Shown piece by piece: positions 50,871 through 64,000 of a stretch of DNA of 64,000 nucleotides. Origin of the DNA: the human T2T-CHM13v2.0 reference genome, Homo sapiens; assembly GCF_009914755.1 (NCBI RefSeq), contig NC_060928.1; one strand, written 5' to 3'. Below the pieces are notes generated by a model, which saw nothing but the letters and a program-made list of their open reading frames with translations, was not told the DNA's origin and did not search any database. Within the stretch, counting starts at the first letter, position 1. Each line of letters opens with the position of its first letter. Both the position numbers and the translations under genes were made by a program.

Positions 50871-52256
50871 GTGTTAATTTTTCATCAATTTGTTGTTGAA
50901 GCTGATACCTTTTCCTAAGTGGGTCTTTAAATTGTTCTGCTATTTTTCTGCAGTTCCCAAAAGACTAGCTTCATTAAATCATTAATTTTATAATTCACTA
51001 TTTATTTGTTAGCACTAGATGTCTGCAGGGTGCAGGGGATATGGAGCATAACATGGCAGAAAGAGCCTCTGGCTTTATGGCACATGCAAAATCATGGAAA
51101 TAAAGAGGAATTAAGCAATGTATCCCTCATTAATTAGTTATAGTTAAAATTGTGGTAAGTGCTACGGAAGACAAGTCCAGGATGCTTGAGAGTTTAGCAG
51201 CAGAATCAGACCTTGCCTGAGCTGGGTGGTGAGTGGGATCTGAAAAGACTTCCCAGAGCCAGTGACATGTGAACTGAGATAGGAAGGTTGACTAGGCAGC
51301 CCTAGAGAATGTGCTCTCTTCACTTTCTGTCATCAGAAGAGCTCATCACAGACCCAAGCATGTTCTGGTGGAGGAGGTTAATAGAGCTGAGTACAGAGAG
51401 GAAAACTGAACATTGATGCCTTGATGTGGCAATAGAGAAAACAAATCTGAAGTTTTCCTTTTACAGAGAAAGTGAGTTAACGTAGAGAATGTTTTAATAT
51501 CACTTGTCTAGCTTTAATATTAAATTTCAGGATGCCAGAAAATAAACTCTCTGTTGACCATAAACGGTGGTCAGGCACTGAAGATTTGAGTTGAGCAGGA
51601 ATAGGTAAGTTCTATACAAATATTGAAATGAAGATTTCAGAGTTTAGCTTTGGAGATATGTATCTGTTCATATTGTGACGAGGAGAGTTTTACTCCAGAA
51701 GGTTGGTTCCTACTCATTCTTACCCTTATTTCTTCCCATCCGCATTGACTTATTAAGTACCTGGTATCTTTTGTCCCTGAGAAACACTGTAGAAATAGAG
51801 GAGCCAGCTTTAGGAATACCAGTGCTAAAGACAAGGCTGTGGTTATGACTCTGTTTGTCAAAGAATAGCAGTAAAATATCAATCTGGAAAACAATTGTTA
51901 AGGAAACTGTGGTATTATTGTTTAGTAAAGACAGTAGACTTTGTCTTCTTTTCACTGCTGGGATTAAGGTTATTATTTAAATTTGGGGGGACTTTCTACA
52001 GTATGTAATGATAAAGATTATTTCTTAATTATTTGGAACAAATTATTTAATACTAATAAAATAATAGTGAAGTATGTTTTAAAAATGTTTTTTGTTTAAG
52101 AGTCTTTGGGCAAAATGTTAAGTAAGTGTGGTTTAGGAAAAGCAACTTAGTGAATTCAAATTTTTAAAAGAGGAAGAGTCCTATAATAGAAGATACTATA
52201 TTTAGAATCATTAATCGTTTTCATTCATTTATCAAGAAATATTATTAAGTGCTTCT

Positions 52257-52564
52257 TTTTTTTTTGGAGACAGCGTCTTGCTCTGTCACCCAGGCTGGAG
52301 TGCAGCAGCACGATTATGGCTCACTGCAGCCTCGACCTCCTAACAGAACGGATCCTCCTACCTCAGCCTCACGAGTAGCTGGGACTACAGGTGTGCACCA
52401 CCATGCCCAGCTACTTTTTTTTTATTTTTTATTTTTTATTTTTTTAAGTAGAGACGAGATCTTGCTTAGTTGCCTGGGCTGGCTTCAAACTCCTGAGCTC
52501 AAGTTACCCACCCACCTTGGCCTCCCAAAGTGCTGGTGGCATAAGCCACTAGTGTGCCCAGCTT
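52257..52564 (-). mobile_element. Alu (AluJ) within L2-like sequence
   Basis: Reverse dimer with CTGCAGCCTCGACCTCC; TSD AGTGCTTCT at 52248-52256 and 52566-52574. Confidence 0.92.
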
Positions 52565-53764
52565 GAGTGCTTCTCATGTGACACAGTTAAACACAGTTGT
52601 GATAAAGATTAAACAGAAAAAATACTGCATTTTATGAACTGGTCAAGCAGCACCTTCCTGAAGAAGGGAACCTCCTGTTTCAAGGCTTAAAGAAAGGAGC
52701 TCAGTTCTTGTGAGGAACTCAGAGGTTAGAGAACCTGGAACATAAGGATTGAGAGAAGTGGTATGAGATCTGGCTAGTAAGTAGTAGTCCAGAATTTGTA
52801 ACATTTTATAAGGTTAAGTATTTTGGGATTTTTATCTTAGGAGCAATGGGAAGCCATGAAAGGTTTTAACAAGGTAATAAGATCAGATTTTCATTTTAAA
52901 AATATTATATTGGCTGCTCTATGTAGACATAATTGGAGGAGGCATCAAGGGGGGCTGTGGAGAGACCAGTTACATGAGAGTCTAAGCCACTGCCCTACTG
53001 CTTCTCAGCTAAGCAGCAAAGGATAGATCCTGCTTCTTTCTGGCCTCAGCTGATTCATGTGTAAAGAAGTGGTCTGCATTGCATAGTACCCATTTTGACT
53101 ATACTATGCTGTACTCTAATTAGATTATAAGGATATGGAGGACCTAAATGAGATGGTGATCATTGGTTAAATGACCTCATCTAAACTTTGTTACTGTTTT
53201 TTACTGATCTACCTGTATAAGATATGGTTGCAATTATTCTGTATCCAGTTGTTTAATCTGGATTTATTTTTTACCTGAAAGTTAAAAGCCATTCTCTGAA
53301 GACCTGTAACGTAACTAGAATTTTTAATATGTTTGTATTTTAAATGCTGTATGAAAACCATAAAGCCAGATGTTGAAACTGCATTTAATTTAATTAAGAA
53401 GGTTGAAACCACAAAGATCTTTCATTTTGTTTATAGTGATTTATTTATAAATACTCATTACTGAAGTCAGGGAATTCCTGTTTCGATGATACCTGAAAAG
53501 AGAATAGTACATTTTTCTTAGAACAGTGGTTTAATATTCTGAGTGACAGATGCAAAATAGTTGACTGTATTGTTTAAGAACTTATGAAACAGTTCAGCTT
53601 TTATGCTTTTCATTAATAATGTAAATATTTTATTTTCCCCGTGTTCTGCCCTCTAACTCATCATTGCTCTTTGTCATCTCTCTCTTATGGCATTTCTGAC
53701 ATTCTGCCATGACTTTCGATTATTTCTCTTCCTGTTTCAAACCTCTGAAAATATAAAGTCATCT

Positions 53765-54075
53765 GCCGGGTGCAGTGGCTCACGCCTGTAATCACAGCAC
53801 TTTCGGAGGCCAAGGCGGGCTGATCACCTGAGGTCAGGAGTTTGAGACAAACCTGGACAACATGGTGAAACCCCGCCTCTACTAAAAATGCAAAAATTAG
53901 GCGGGCGTGGTGGCGGGCGCCTGTAACCACAGCCACTCGGGAGGCTGAGGCAGGAGAATCGCTTGAACCTGGGGGGCGGAGGTTGCATTGAGCTGAGATT
54001 GCGTGCGCCATTGCACTCCAGCCTGGGCGACAAGAGCAAAAATCTGTCTCAAAAAAAAAAAAAAGAAAAGAAAAA
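53765..54075 (+). mobile_element. Alu (AluSq/Sp-like)
   Basis: CGCCATTGCACTCCAGCCTGGGCGACAAGAGC; TSD GAAAATA[T/C]AAAGTCATC at 53747-53763 and 54076-54092. Confidence 0.95.
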
Positions 54076-56224
54076 GAAAATACAAAGTCATCCATGGCTG
54101 GAACTTCTTTTAGTCTTTTCATAAGCTAGAGTATTTGGTTATGAAAATGAGATTTGATTTTTTTCGAAGGTAGGGGCTTAGTATATTAGATGAAACGTCA
54201 TACGTGAAATGTGTCTTGTATGATTTAAAAAGGTAATAGGACAAGCTCTAATAACTTGTTTGTCTCATGATACTTAGTGATTTAGAACATGAGCTTTAGA
54301 ATCAGAAGACTCTGAGCCTAAACCATGGGACTGCCACATAGCAGCTATGTGACTTTGGGTCACTTCCTAAGTATCATTTTATGCTCTATATAATGGGACT
54401 GATTATATCTGTTTCATAGAAAGATGGTGAGAATTAAATTCAGTCATGTAATCTAATACACGGGCAGAAGGTTTAGTCATTATAAGATTCAGTTAGGAAA
54501 AATTAGTGCTATCACCACCCTTGCTTCATGTAGAAAAAGGGAGTGGAACACAGTGGTTCAAGCCATTTCCTTTTTTTCCCCTTTGCTCCTGCTCTTTTTA
54601 CAAGATTGACATTGCATTTTATATCTGTTGCTTTCAATCTTCAGGGACTTCCATTTGGAATCATTCTGGCATGTTACTTCATGTATATCAAACTATCTTT
54701 TTTATCTCTGACTTATTCTGAAAGGAATGATTATCTAGCAATTCGTGAGATACAAATGGAAGCCTGAATACTTACAGCAGCGTCAGATAAGCATGCCAGA
54801 AATGCCTTTATTACTTATTTCTAATACTGCATTCTGCAGGCATATATACATAATATATATGGACTGTAAAATACAGTTTGCATACTTTTCATTTTAGGAC
54901 AGACATAGTCTTTCTTTTTCCCCAATGCACATTTTCCCCTGAATCAATTATTTTTAGAACTTTAAGAAAACTGCTTATTTTAAAAGTGACAATTTAAGAA
55001 AACAGTGTCACTATTGCAAAGAATTACTGTGACAGAGGCTGGAATATGAGCTCAGAGACCTTTATCCTAAGTTAACTTCTCTCATGCTGAATATAATAGT
55101 TTTATAAACGTGTATTAATAATTAGGGACTATAATTAAATAACATTTAGCAAATGTATTGGATATTATGAGAAAAACATACAATTGACATGCATAATAAA
55201 ATAGTATAGTTTTCAAGAACATTTTGAAGCCAGGTTTTCTGAAAGCACCTGTAGATGTGTATGAACTAGGACTCAGTGTGTCTTTATATTTGGCCTGTGA
55301 GAACTTGCCCTTCAAAGGTGGGCTTGTAATATGATGTCAATATTTGTGTCCTCTTCAAGAACTGCTGTTTCAACATAAGACATCGTCTGTTCTCTAATTA
55401 TAGTATTCAAAAGAGACATACAATTTTAAACCTCTCTTGATAGTTGAAAATATTTTTTTTGAAAGGACATAAAAACCCTTAAGTTCTTGTTCTGGGTAAC
55501 CAAGTATCATATTTTATTTGTAATCCTAACTGCTATAAAAGTGAATTGGTAATTTTTCCATGTTTTTGAGTCTCTTATTAGAATTAATACTTTTACAATA
55601 AGTTGCTTTACTATTTAATTTATTTTTTCTGAGTAGTATATTAAAAGAGCTGTTAAACACTTTGTGACATGTTTAAACATATTCAAAAAACTTATTTTGG
55701 ATAATTTTGTGCAATTGTTGTAGCAAACCAGATGTTGCGAAGTTGTTATTTAATCAAAGATAAAAAATATTCGCAATATAGTTTTGTCTAGCTGTCAGCT
55801 TAGATAAATGAATCCATTTCAATCAGCATGCTCCTAGTGAAAAAAAGAGGAGATATAATAACATTCTTCTAGCTACATTTGTTGAAAATAAATATTAATC
55901 TTCTATGTGGTTAAAACCATGCTGTGCCAACTCCATCATAACCATAATTGCAGGAAAGCCTTTCAGATTTCTTATTTTTATGAATTCTGTTTTTTTAATC
56001 CTTCTGGAAGCATTGAATTAGATTCTACTTTTCATTTAGATTATATGCTCATTCATGTTTGTGTTAATCTCATATTGAGATGCCTTGTTAAGATACTCTT
56101 GGGTAGTTTAATGTCCAAATAGAACACTGTGGTCTGGTCAAGATTTTTTTGGGTCCCAAACATAAAGCTTATCTTTACCTTTCTTTTAAATCTGTTGTAA
56201 TTCATGGGAGAAGTTTAAATATGT

Positions 56225-56345
56225 GTTTTTGTTTTTATTTTATTTTAATTCATAATTGTACATATTTATGGAGTACATAGCACTCTGTTGATATATAATA
56301 TAGAGTGATCAGATTAGGGTAATTAGCATATCCATCATCTCAAAC
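56225..56345 (-). mobile_element. Short L1MA 3'-end fragment
   Basis: ATAATTGTACATATTTATGG...GATCAGATTAGGGTAATTAGCATATCCATCATCTCAAACA. Confidence 0.75.
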
Positions 56346-59300
56346 ACAAAGAAATAACAAGCAATATTTTATGTATCTCTCATTCTCTTTGGTTCTATAG
56401 CATTGGGTAAGACAAACTGCTTGCTTCTGTAGTTATACTGACTTCCTAGAAAATGTTGCATAAAGTAAATCACTAAAGGAAAACAACTCTGGACTAACAA
56501 AACAAAACAAAATAAGGCATAAGGCCAAAAAAAATGTTAATTTCAAGCTCCATTGGAAATGCCAGTGAGAAGAATGGCAGGGACTCATGTAAGTACAGGA
56601 ACCAGCTTGGTAAAGAATGAGGTTCCATATTCTAGTCTTCATAGTGTGCAGTCAAGAAAGATAGAAAAGGAAACCCAGACTACAAAGTGAATAATTTCCT
56701 CTTGAAACAATACCAACAACATCACTTTCCCATAATAATAAAGTTTGAAATTTAAATTTATATTTCCTCTTAGGGGTCCTTAATTGTATAAAAGGAATTG
56801 TAATGAGAGGTCCGATATTATGGTTATAATTATTGATTTTTGTCAAATGTATGGAACGTTTGTAGGGAAAATTGTTAAGATAGTAGAAAACCACTATGAG
56901 CTGTAGTAATTACCAGAGTTAACTGTTCCAGTTCATGTTGATGTTTGTCTAGGCTATTTATTGAGGAAATTTAGAAGATGAAGATTGAAGGCATAACTTT
57001 ATTTGCACCTCTAAGAATAATTCTTAAGGATGACTGTCAGATTTTTTTTTGAAAGTCAGATTATCTCTCTCATCTCAGTTTTATTGATAACTTCTTCAGA
57101 AAGCAAGTTTTGAAGGGTTCTTCTTAATTACTGGATAGAAAAGTGGTTAGAAGCACTTCACAAAATTCTCTTTGGAGAGATGTTAGAGTGCCAAAGAAAA
57201 GGGTGAAATGATACGTATAGTTTTATTATCTTCTCTTGCTTTTATTATGGCATTTTGATGAAAGAGTAGAAAGTGCATTTAATGGGCTCTCTGCAGTTAC
57301 GGATACAACTTACAATATAAGCAGAGAGTGATGCAAAATTGTTTTTTATGGATTTCTCATTGGCCTCTTGTTTCAGTGACCTGAGGAATGAGAAGTGAAA
57401 CAATACTCTCAGCTTCTGAAGCACAGTGGTTTTGAAAGTAGGTGTAGAACCAGATTGGTGAGTGGTGGTGTGTGTCGGTCAAATGCCTCCACTTGTGTGT
57501 AAGATTTATAAGTCAACATCGTGGGCGTTTTGCCCACACACTATGGGGTAACAACCTATATTTGATTTTTATTTGTTTTCTCTAATGTTGAGGGTGTGTG
57601 TCTGAGTGTTTGTGACTCAGTGATTGTTTGGGCATTTTGGGTTACCTTGTCATTCTTACATTGGCCAGTTTCTGTCTGCTTCCCTATGCCTTGTGAAACA
57701 CAATAGAAACGACAATATAGAAGCAAGCCATCAGCTTCTAAGAGCAAAATTCTAACAGATCCCAGACTTCAAGTGAAGGAATGATTTGTGGGCGTTTCCA
57801 AATATAACACTCTGAATTATGAGTTTATAAAATGCTAGGTAAGTGTCTTTATATTTGTTAACTGCTTATTTTAAATTTTTCATGCATTGCTTAATTAATC
57901 AACACTTTCTATTCATAAAATTTCTGTATTGGTAAATTAGAAATTTTTTGAAATAATTTTTAAAAATTATTAAATTTTAAAAAATTGTTAAATTTTCATT
58001 TTCAAAAATAATACTTAAATTTTTATTTTCAAAAATAATCTTCGTGTATACTGTGTGGGGCCGCAAAATCAGATTTGATGAAAATTTCATGTCTAATAAC
58101 TACAATAACTACTTTTATCTTTACTCTTTCAGCTTCCAGACAACTTTAAATATGTTTATTTATCCATAGCTAAAATTTGTTGGGTGAACTCATAAATATT
58201 TAACATGTGTTTATGTATCTTAATTTGGGTCTTTATTGCCGTTAAATATATGTTGTTTCAATGTGGGAGCCACCCTTTAATTTTACAGTTTGATATAATA
58301 GTGACCAGAAACATTTTAAATGCACAGGTTTATTTTGTTCTTTCATTTTTAATAGTTTCCTGATTAAAAATTTATTGCTTCTTACTAAAGCATTATGTAT
58401 CTTTATGTTTTTAAACTGAAACTGGGTCTTCCAGATTGTCTCTGGAGGAAATACAGAAAAGTTGGTCTTATATTTCTTAAGGCCAGAAAAAGAAGTGTGT
58501 GTGTAGGGGATGGTGTTGTTTAACGTATGTCAGTAGAGGATTCGCAATTCATAGTGGTCACTTAGAGGTGCAGACATGAACACACAACTGCTTGCTTGAG
58601 GCCACCTCCTTGAATTCTCTGTGAACTTGGTCCAGACTCAGCGGCCTGGCTAACTACATGCTACTCTAGGCTCTTAGCCATTCAGAAATCCTTGGCAGGA
58701 CCCGAGGGAAGGAATGGTGGACTCCAAGTGTCGGCAGACACCTTCTCACTGACTTATCTGAGTGGATGGCGACACACAACCATTTCTGATGTCTTCTGTA
58801 GGGGCGATGGAGCTTGAAACAGTCTGTATTCAAAAGGAGAGGGTCCTCTTATTTATTGAGCTTTGTCTTCTGAATGTAATGCCAACCATCCCTGTCTGCA
58901 CGAACCCTGAGCATTGTGGAGAATGGGGAAGGACAAAGCATCCTTCTTTTATGCTTCCTTAATTCTCTTTTCTGGTCTTCTCACTTCTAAACCAGGATCT
59001 GCTTTGTATTTTATTGGTGGAAAAGGAAAGAAAAATATAAATCAGCTTTGTCATTTCAACCTCTGATTATAATTCAACCCTGGAATTTAGTAATTTGTAC
59101 TCTGGTACTTTCAGCTTAGCTGCCTGACAGAGCAGAAGGGCAATCCAGTGGTCCCAGGGACTGGGAACAGTCACGTTCCTTTAGTATCCTGTTGTTACCT
59201 ATGCCGCTTCCTGGATGGTACTGTGGGCTCACTGGTTCCTAGCCAAACCTTTCTTCCTTGAATTGATGGCCCCACAGTTAAAGGGCTATGTAAAACCAAA

Positions 59301-61095
59301 TACTTTAGAAACATTCAGTTTTATATAGCTGTTGTGCCAATATATAACCTTTCCATTTCTCCACTTGCCTGTCTCTATTCTGATAGGGGCATTATTTTTC
59401 CTGCCCTCATCCTCTTCAACCTCAGTGCTGTCCTGGGGTATAAACATGCATCATTTAACTATGATTTAAATATGATTCGTTATGTAAGATATGTGAAAAT
59501 CAGTCCCAATACCATAGTCAAGATGTATCTGTGTCAGTAATTACAAACACCACTTTGTTATTCACTTTAGCAAAATATAGATTAATGTATATTAACAGGC
59601 ATCAGTTGAATAGGCATCTCTAGTTTTACTTCCTTCTGCTCTTTCAGTGATATCCAGTTTCATTCCTGAGCTAAGCTTGCTTCATTCTTAAGGAGCCCAA
59701 GTCCTTTCTCTGGGACCCCCAGTGAACAGTCAAAATGTTCTCCTTTCAGTGACTCAACTCCAGCTCCTTAAGTTCTCTGGATTTGTTTCCATATCTGTTT
59801 TCTTTCCTGGCCCATGGTCAGCATGAAAATCCAGTAATATTTCCCTTGTCTTCTTTAATATCTTTTCCATCACTGCTTTCTACCTTCTTGTTCTCTGAAT
59901 TCTTTTGCTAAAAGCTCTCAAGTTCTCATTTTTCCGTAACAGCTCTCAGAGTATTCCCCACTCCCAAATCTTTGTCTCCCCCAAAATTACCATATAGAAT
60001 TTATGATGATTCATCTTGGGTTACCTGAGTCACTTTGCCCAACTTAAATTTAATTCTCTATTGTTTTTTTTTCAGTTCAAATATTAACATAAACATTAAC
60101 ATTTCTAAACAGTTACAATTATCCTGCCTTCCATCAGACATTAGCACAGTCCTTTCTCCTAGCATTATGAGGGGGTGTCTTAGAATCTATAGTTATCCAA
60201 TTGGCTGTGATTAATGACTACTTTTTAAAAGAAAACACTGTGGGTTTATTTTAGCTGTAAGTAGGCAGTCTTTAGGATTTGTAACAGCAAATAAATAATT
60301 GCAGTTTGCAGTATAGGAGACAAGAAAAATCTCTGTTCATTTCTTTGTTTGAGATGTCCCATTCCTTTCTACAGTGTCAGAAATCTCTTGTTTTCTGTGC
60401 ACATGTGTGGTTATTTTAATGTTACGTCTGGTAATAGCAGAACTCAGATTTTGATGTGGCATGAATAGTGGAAGAGAGTTCATTTTATGATATTTTTCAG
60501 GTTCTTGACCTTAGGTGAAATACAAAGGTCAGCAATCTCTGAATTATAAAGTAGAATATATGTGATCTCTGTTTATTTGCCTTATTGTATGGGATGATGG
60601 AGGAAGACCCTGAGAAGTTTCTACTTCTATTTCAAAGTGCCTGGAAGAATACCTGAAGGGTAGCTCAGGTGGGAATGTGGCATGAAGTTATAATTTCACT
60701 CTATTCGGGATAGTTAGGTGTTAGTAGGAAAAAAAAAACTAAGGAAAATGGATTCTTTACAAAAATCCAACCCTTTGCTACTATCCCCAGAGTAAATAAA
60801 GCTATATAAGAGTGGAATGCCATTATCTTCATAAATTTAGATATTTGAACTCTCATGAAGAATAAATGGGAAAGATATCCTGCTGTGAAATCATATTTAA
60901 TCTCTTTTAGATATTTAGAATGTAATTTTTTAGTAATCTTTGCTTCGGGAGTAAGCTTTATATCTAAATGATCATGAAATCTTTTTAATTTATGTTTTCT
61001 GAAGTTTAACTTGAATTATAGTGCCTAGCACATAATAGGACATCACAATATATGTTGCATGAATGAAGGAGTAACACTTTGTTTTGTCTTCATAA

Positions 61096-61449
<354 letters not shown>

Positions 61450-62683
61450 CTCATTTTCTCATTATGTATTTCTTATCTCTGATCTCTGAGAGTTATATCA
61501 AAGTCATAATGGCAAAGAATAATCTGTTTTTAAATTTTTTCTTTGACTGAACTGAGTGTCGAATTTTATAACCATGAAATATAATGTTTTTCCTCCCACA
61601 TTCAAATGTAGGGCTTACGTTTTCATTTATCATTCATGGATCCATCTTTTAAAACTATTCTTTTGTCAAAAATCAAAGGGTAATAAGCCATTATTGTTAA
61701 ACACAGTCGACATATGCTGCAATCTGCTGATATTCTAAAGCTTTGAATATTTGAAATGGTTATTGTTAATGCTCTGTAGCATCTGGGCTGCTCAGACTGC
61801 TACTATGAAATTTTGTGTTAAAAGAAGTAGGGACTGTTTTAAACTTTTTATTTTGGATCAATTGTTGACTTAGATAAAAATTGCAAAAATAGTACAAAGA
61901 ATTCCTGTATACTCCTTAATTATCTGCTTCTGGTATTACTATTTACATAACTGTAGTCCACTTATGAAAATCTGAAAATTTAACATTCATACAGTTCTAT
62001 TAACTGAATTGCAGATCTTGTTCAAATTTCACCAGCGTTTCCATTAATGTAGGAGTTTTTTAAAATGTGAAGTAATTCATAGCTGTAACTATGTAAAGTT
62101 GGTAAGTTTTGCTATTAATTGACTTTTTAAAAAGTAATGACAGAATTTTGACAAGCCTCTGATGCTATGAGAATGATGATGTCCTTTTCTTCTTATTCTG
62201 AAGTACATTTTTGAATGTTACCATTTGAGAAAAGGAATATCATTACTATTTTAGGAAATCATTAAATGTTACTGATACTAACATTTTATTTTTATCCCAT
62301 TTCAGTGATCTCAGTAGCATGATACATTCCACATTTCCATGTGGTTGTGGATATAGAGTCAAGTTCCATATTCTAATTTGATGTTTAGATCTGTAATACT
62401 ATGAAAGTTATAGAACTCATCAGTGTCATCAATCGCAATAACCACTATTTATATAGTAGAGAGTAGGAAGTGCTAAAATGTAAATGTTCTAGATTAAAAC
62501 TAGACTGAGAGGACCTTTAAGAAGAGCAAACCATGACAGATGAAAATTTGGATTATTTGTAAAAGAGCTTCCTTAGTCCTTAATATGTTTAACAACCCAT
62601 TATGTGGAGAAATTTGTCTTTATGTCTGAACTTACACTGCAGCATAAATTAAATCCCTCTTATTTTGTCAACAGTAGTTAATA

Positions 62684-62932
62684 AGTGCAATGGCACCGTC
62701 TGGGCTCACTGCAAACTCTACCTCCCAGGTTCAAGTGATTCTCCTGCCTCAACCTCCCTAGAGCTGGGATTACAGGAACCTGCCACCATACCCTGCTGAT
62801 TTTTGTACTTTTAGTAGAGATGGGGTTTCACCATGTTGACCAGGCTGGTTTGGAACTCCTGACCTCAAGCAATCTATCCGCCTCAACCTCCCACAGTGCT
62901 GGAATTACAGGTGTGAGCCACCACACCTGGCC
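62684..62932 (-). mobile_element. Alu (AluS) lacking its 3' end and tail
   Basis: Begins mid right arm at AGTGCAATGGC; intact Alu 5' end ...CCACACCTGGCC. Confidence 0.9.
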
Positions 62933-63577
62933 TCTTATTTATCTTTGTGTGCTTCAGCTGAATATGGTATCTGGCACATGTACAGATACAGTAAATGTCC
63001 TTTTACTTGAGAGAGGCTGTGATGTAGAGAAAAAGCAAGGGCCTTAGAGGTGAGGGCTGTGATCTTCTAGCCTATAGGCTGAGGCTTTGATTATTTTAAA
63101 GTGGTCTCCAGTACGTTCTTAACTCTCACTCAGCCAACTGTTTGCCCAATTGGCTCAACATTTCCTGTGTTTCTGTCTTTGCTTATGTGCTTACCTAAGC
63201 CTTATTTACTTGTTTATGAATAATGAATGCTTATAAAATAACCTATACCAAATGAGTTGTATAGATAGCAACTGTTTGAAGTAAAACTTGTAAATAATTA
63301 TTAATAAGTCAATGAAAGTAATTACCTTGGTAGCCCTATCTGGACATTATTAGCTTTATTGTATGTTTTGAGAGAACTTTAATTTGGGGCTAGCAAGGAT
63401 TTTTTTTAGATTTGAATTTTAACGTAGTATACATCATACCCTTCAGAGGAACTCTGGAAGTACTGCTTTTTTTTTTTAAACTGTTTTCTTTTAATCCTGT
63501 ATTGGGTATCTTTAATTTTGTAAATATGTGAAAAGAAGTCAGGCTAATATTAAATGACCCTGTGAGTCAAAACTTTA

Positions 63578-63845
63578 GGCTGGGCATGGTGGCTTATGAC
63601 TATAATTCCAGCAATTTGGGAAGCCACCAAAGCCCAGGAGTTTGAGACCAGCCTGGGCAACACAGCAAGATCCTAGCTCTACAAAACATTTTTAAAAAAT
63701 TAGCTCTGTGTGGTGGCATGTGCCTGTAGTCCCAGCTACTTGGGAGGCTGAGGCTGGAGGATTACTTGAGCCCTGGAACTTGAAGCTGCAGTGAGCCGAG
63801 ATTGTGAGCTCCAGCCTGGATGACAGAGTGAGACCCTGTCTCTTA
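63578..63845 (+). mobile_element. Alu (AluJ) with small internal deletions
   Basis: GGCTGGGCATGGTGGC start; GGAGGATTACTTGAGCCC; ends GAGACCCTGTCTC. Confidence 0.9.
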
Positions 63846-63846
63846 A

Positions 63847-63908
63847 ATATATATATATATACACACATATATGTATATACATATTATATAGATAGATAGA
63901 TAGATAGA
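63847..63908. repeat. Compound microsatellite (TA)n/(CA)n/(TAGA)n derived from the Alu tail
   Basis: Read directly. Confidence 0.9.
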
Positions 63909-64000
63909 ATGTACTTTAGGAAAACTTATTTCAGTATCTGATTTTTAAGTGTTTGTAACCATAAGGACTCAAAAATGTCTTAAAGCTGGAATACCATGTA

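Overview
This is primate, almost certainly human, genomic DNA: an AT-rich, repeat-dense background (Alu, L1, L2/MIR, MaLR/ERV LTRs, hAT and mariner DNA transposons) around one ~3-kb CpG island (~34,010-37,100). The island holds a + strand promoter and a long non-coding first exon (Inr-like TCATTCT at 34,262-34,268; splice donor AAG|GTAATT after 35,703). Everything downstream looks like intron 1 and contains a sense-oriented processed RPL17 pseudogene (~45,557-46,187). From recall of this arrangement I identify it as the 5' end of ADGRL3 (latrophilin-3) with RPL17P19; this needs BLAT confirmation. No canonical protein-coding exon is present, and nearly all ORFs in the track are repeat- or GC-derived artefacts. 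The most interesting observations are: (1) an AUG-initiated 41-aa uORF reading a (GCC)7(GCT)3 5'UTR repeat as polyalanine; (2) a perfect minus-strand splice donor that coincides with the stop codon of a 1.65-kb antisense ORF reading the same repeat as Ser3-Gly7; (3) a chimeric old-AluS/young-AluYb8 element; (4) a near-perfect 3x45-bp tandem triplication with a hairpin in each unit; (5) an L1MA-type element with ORF2 missing. I found no convincing evidence of a wholly new multi-gene system. Repeat subfamily names are recognised by eye and most repeat boundaries are approximate.
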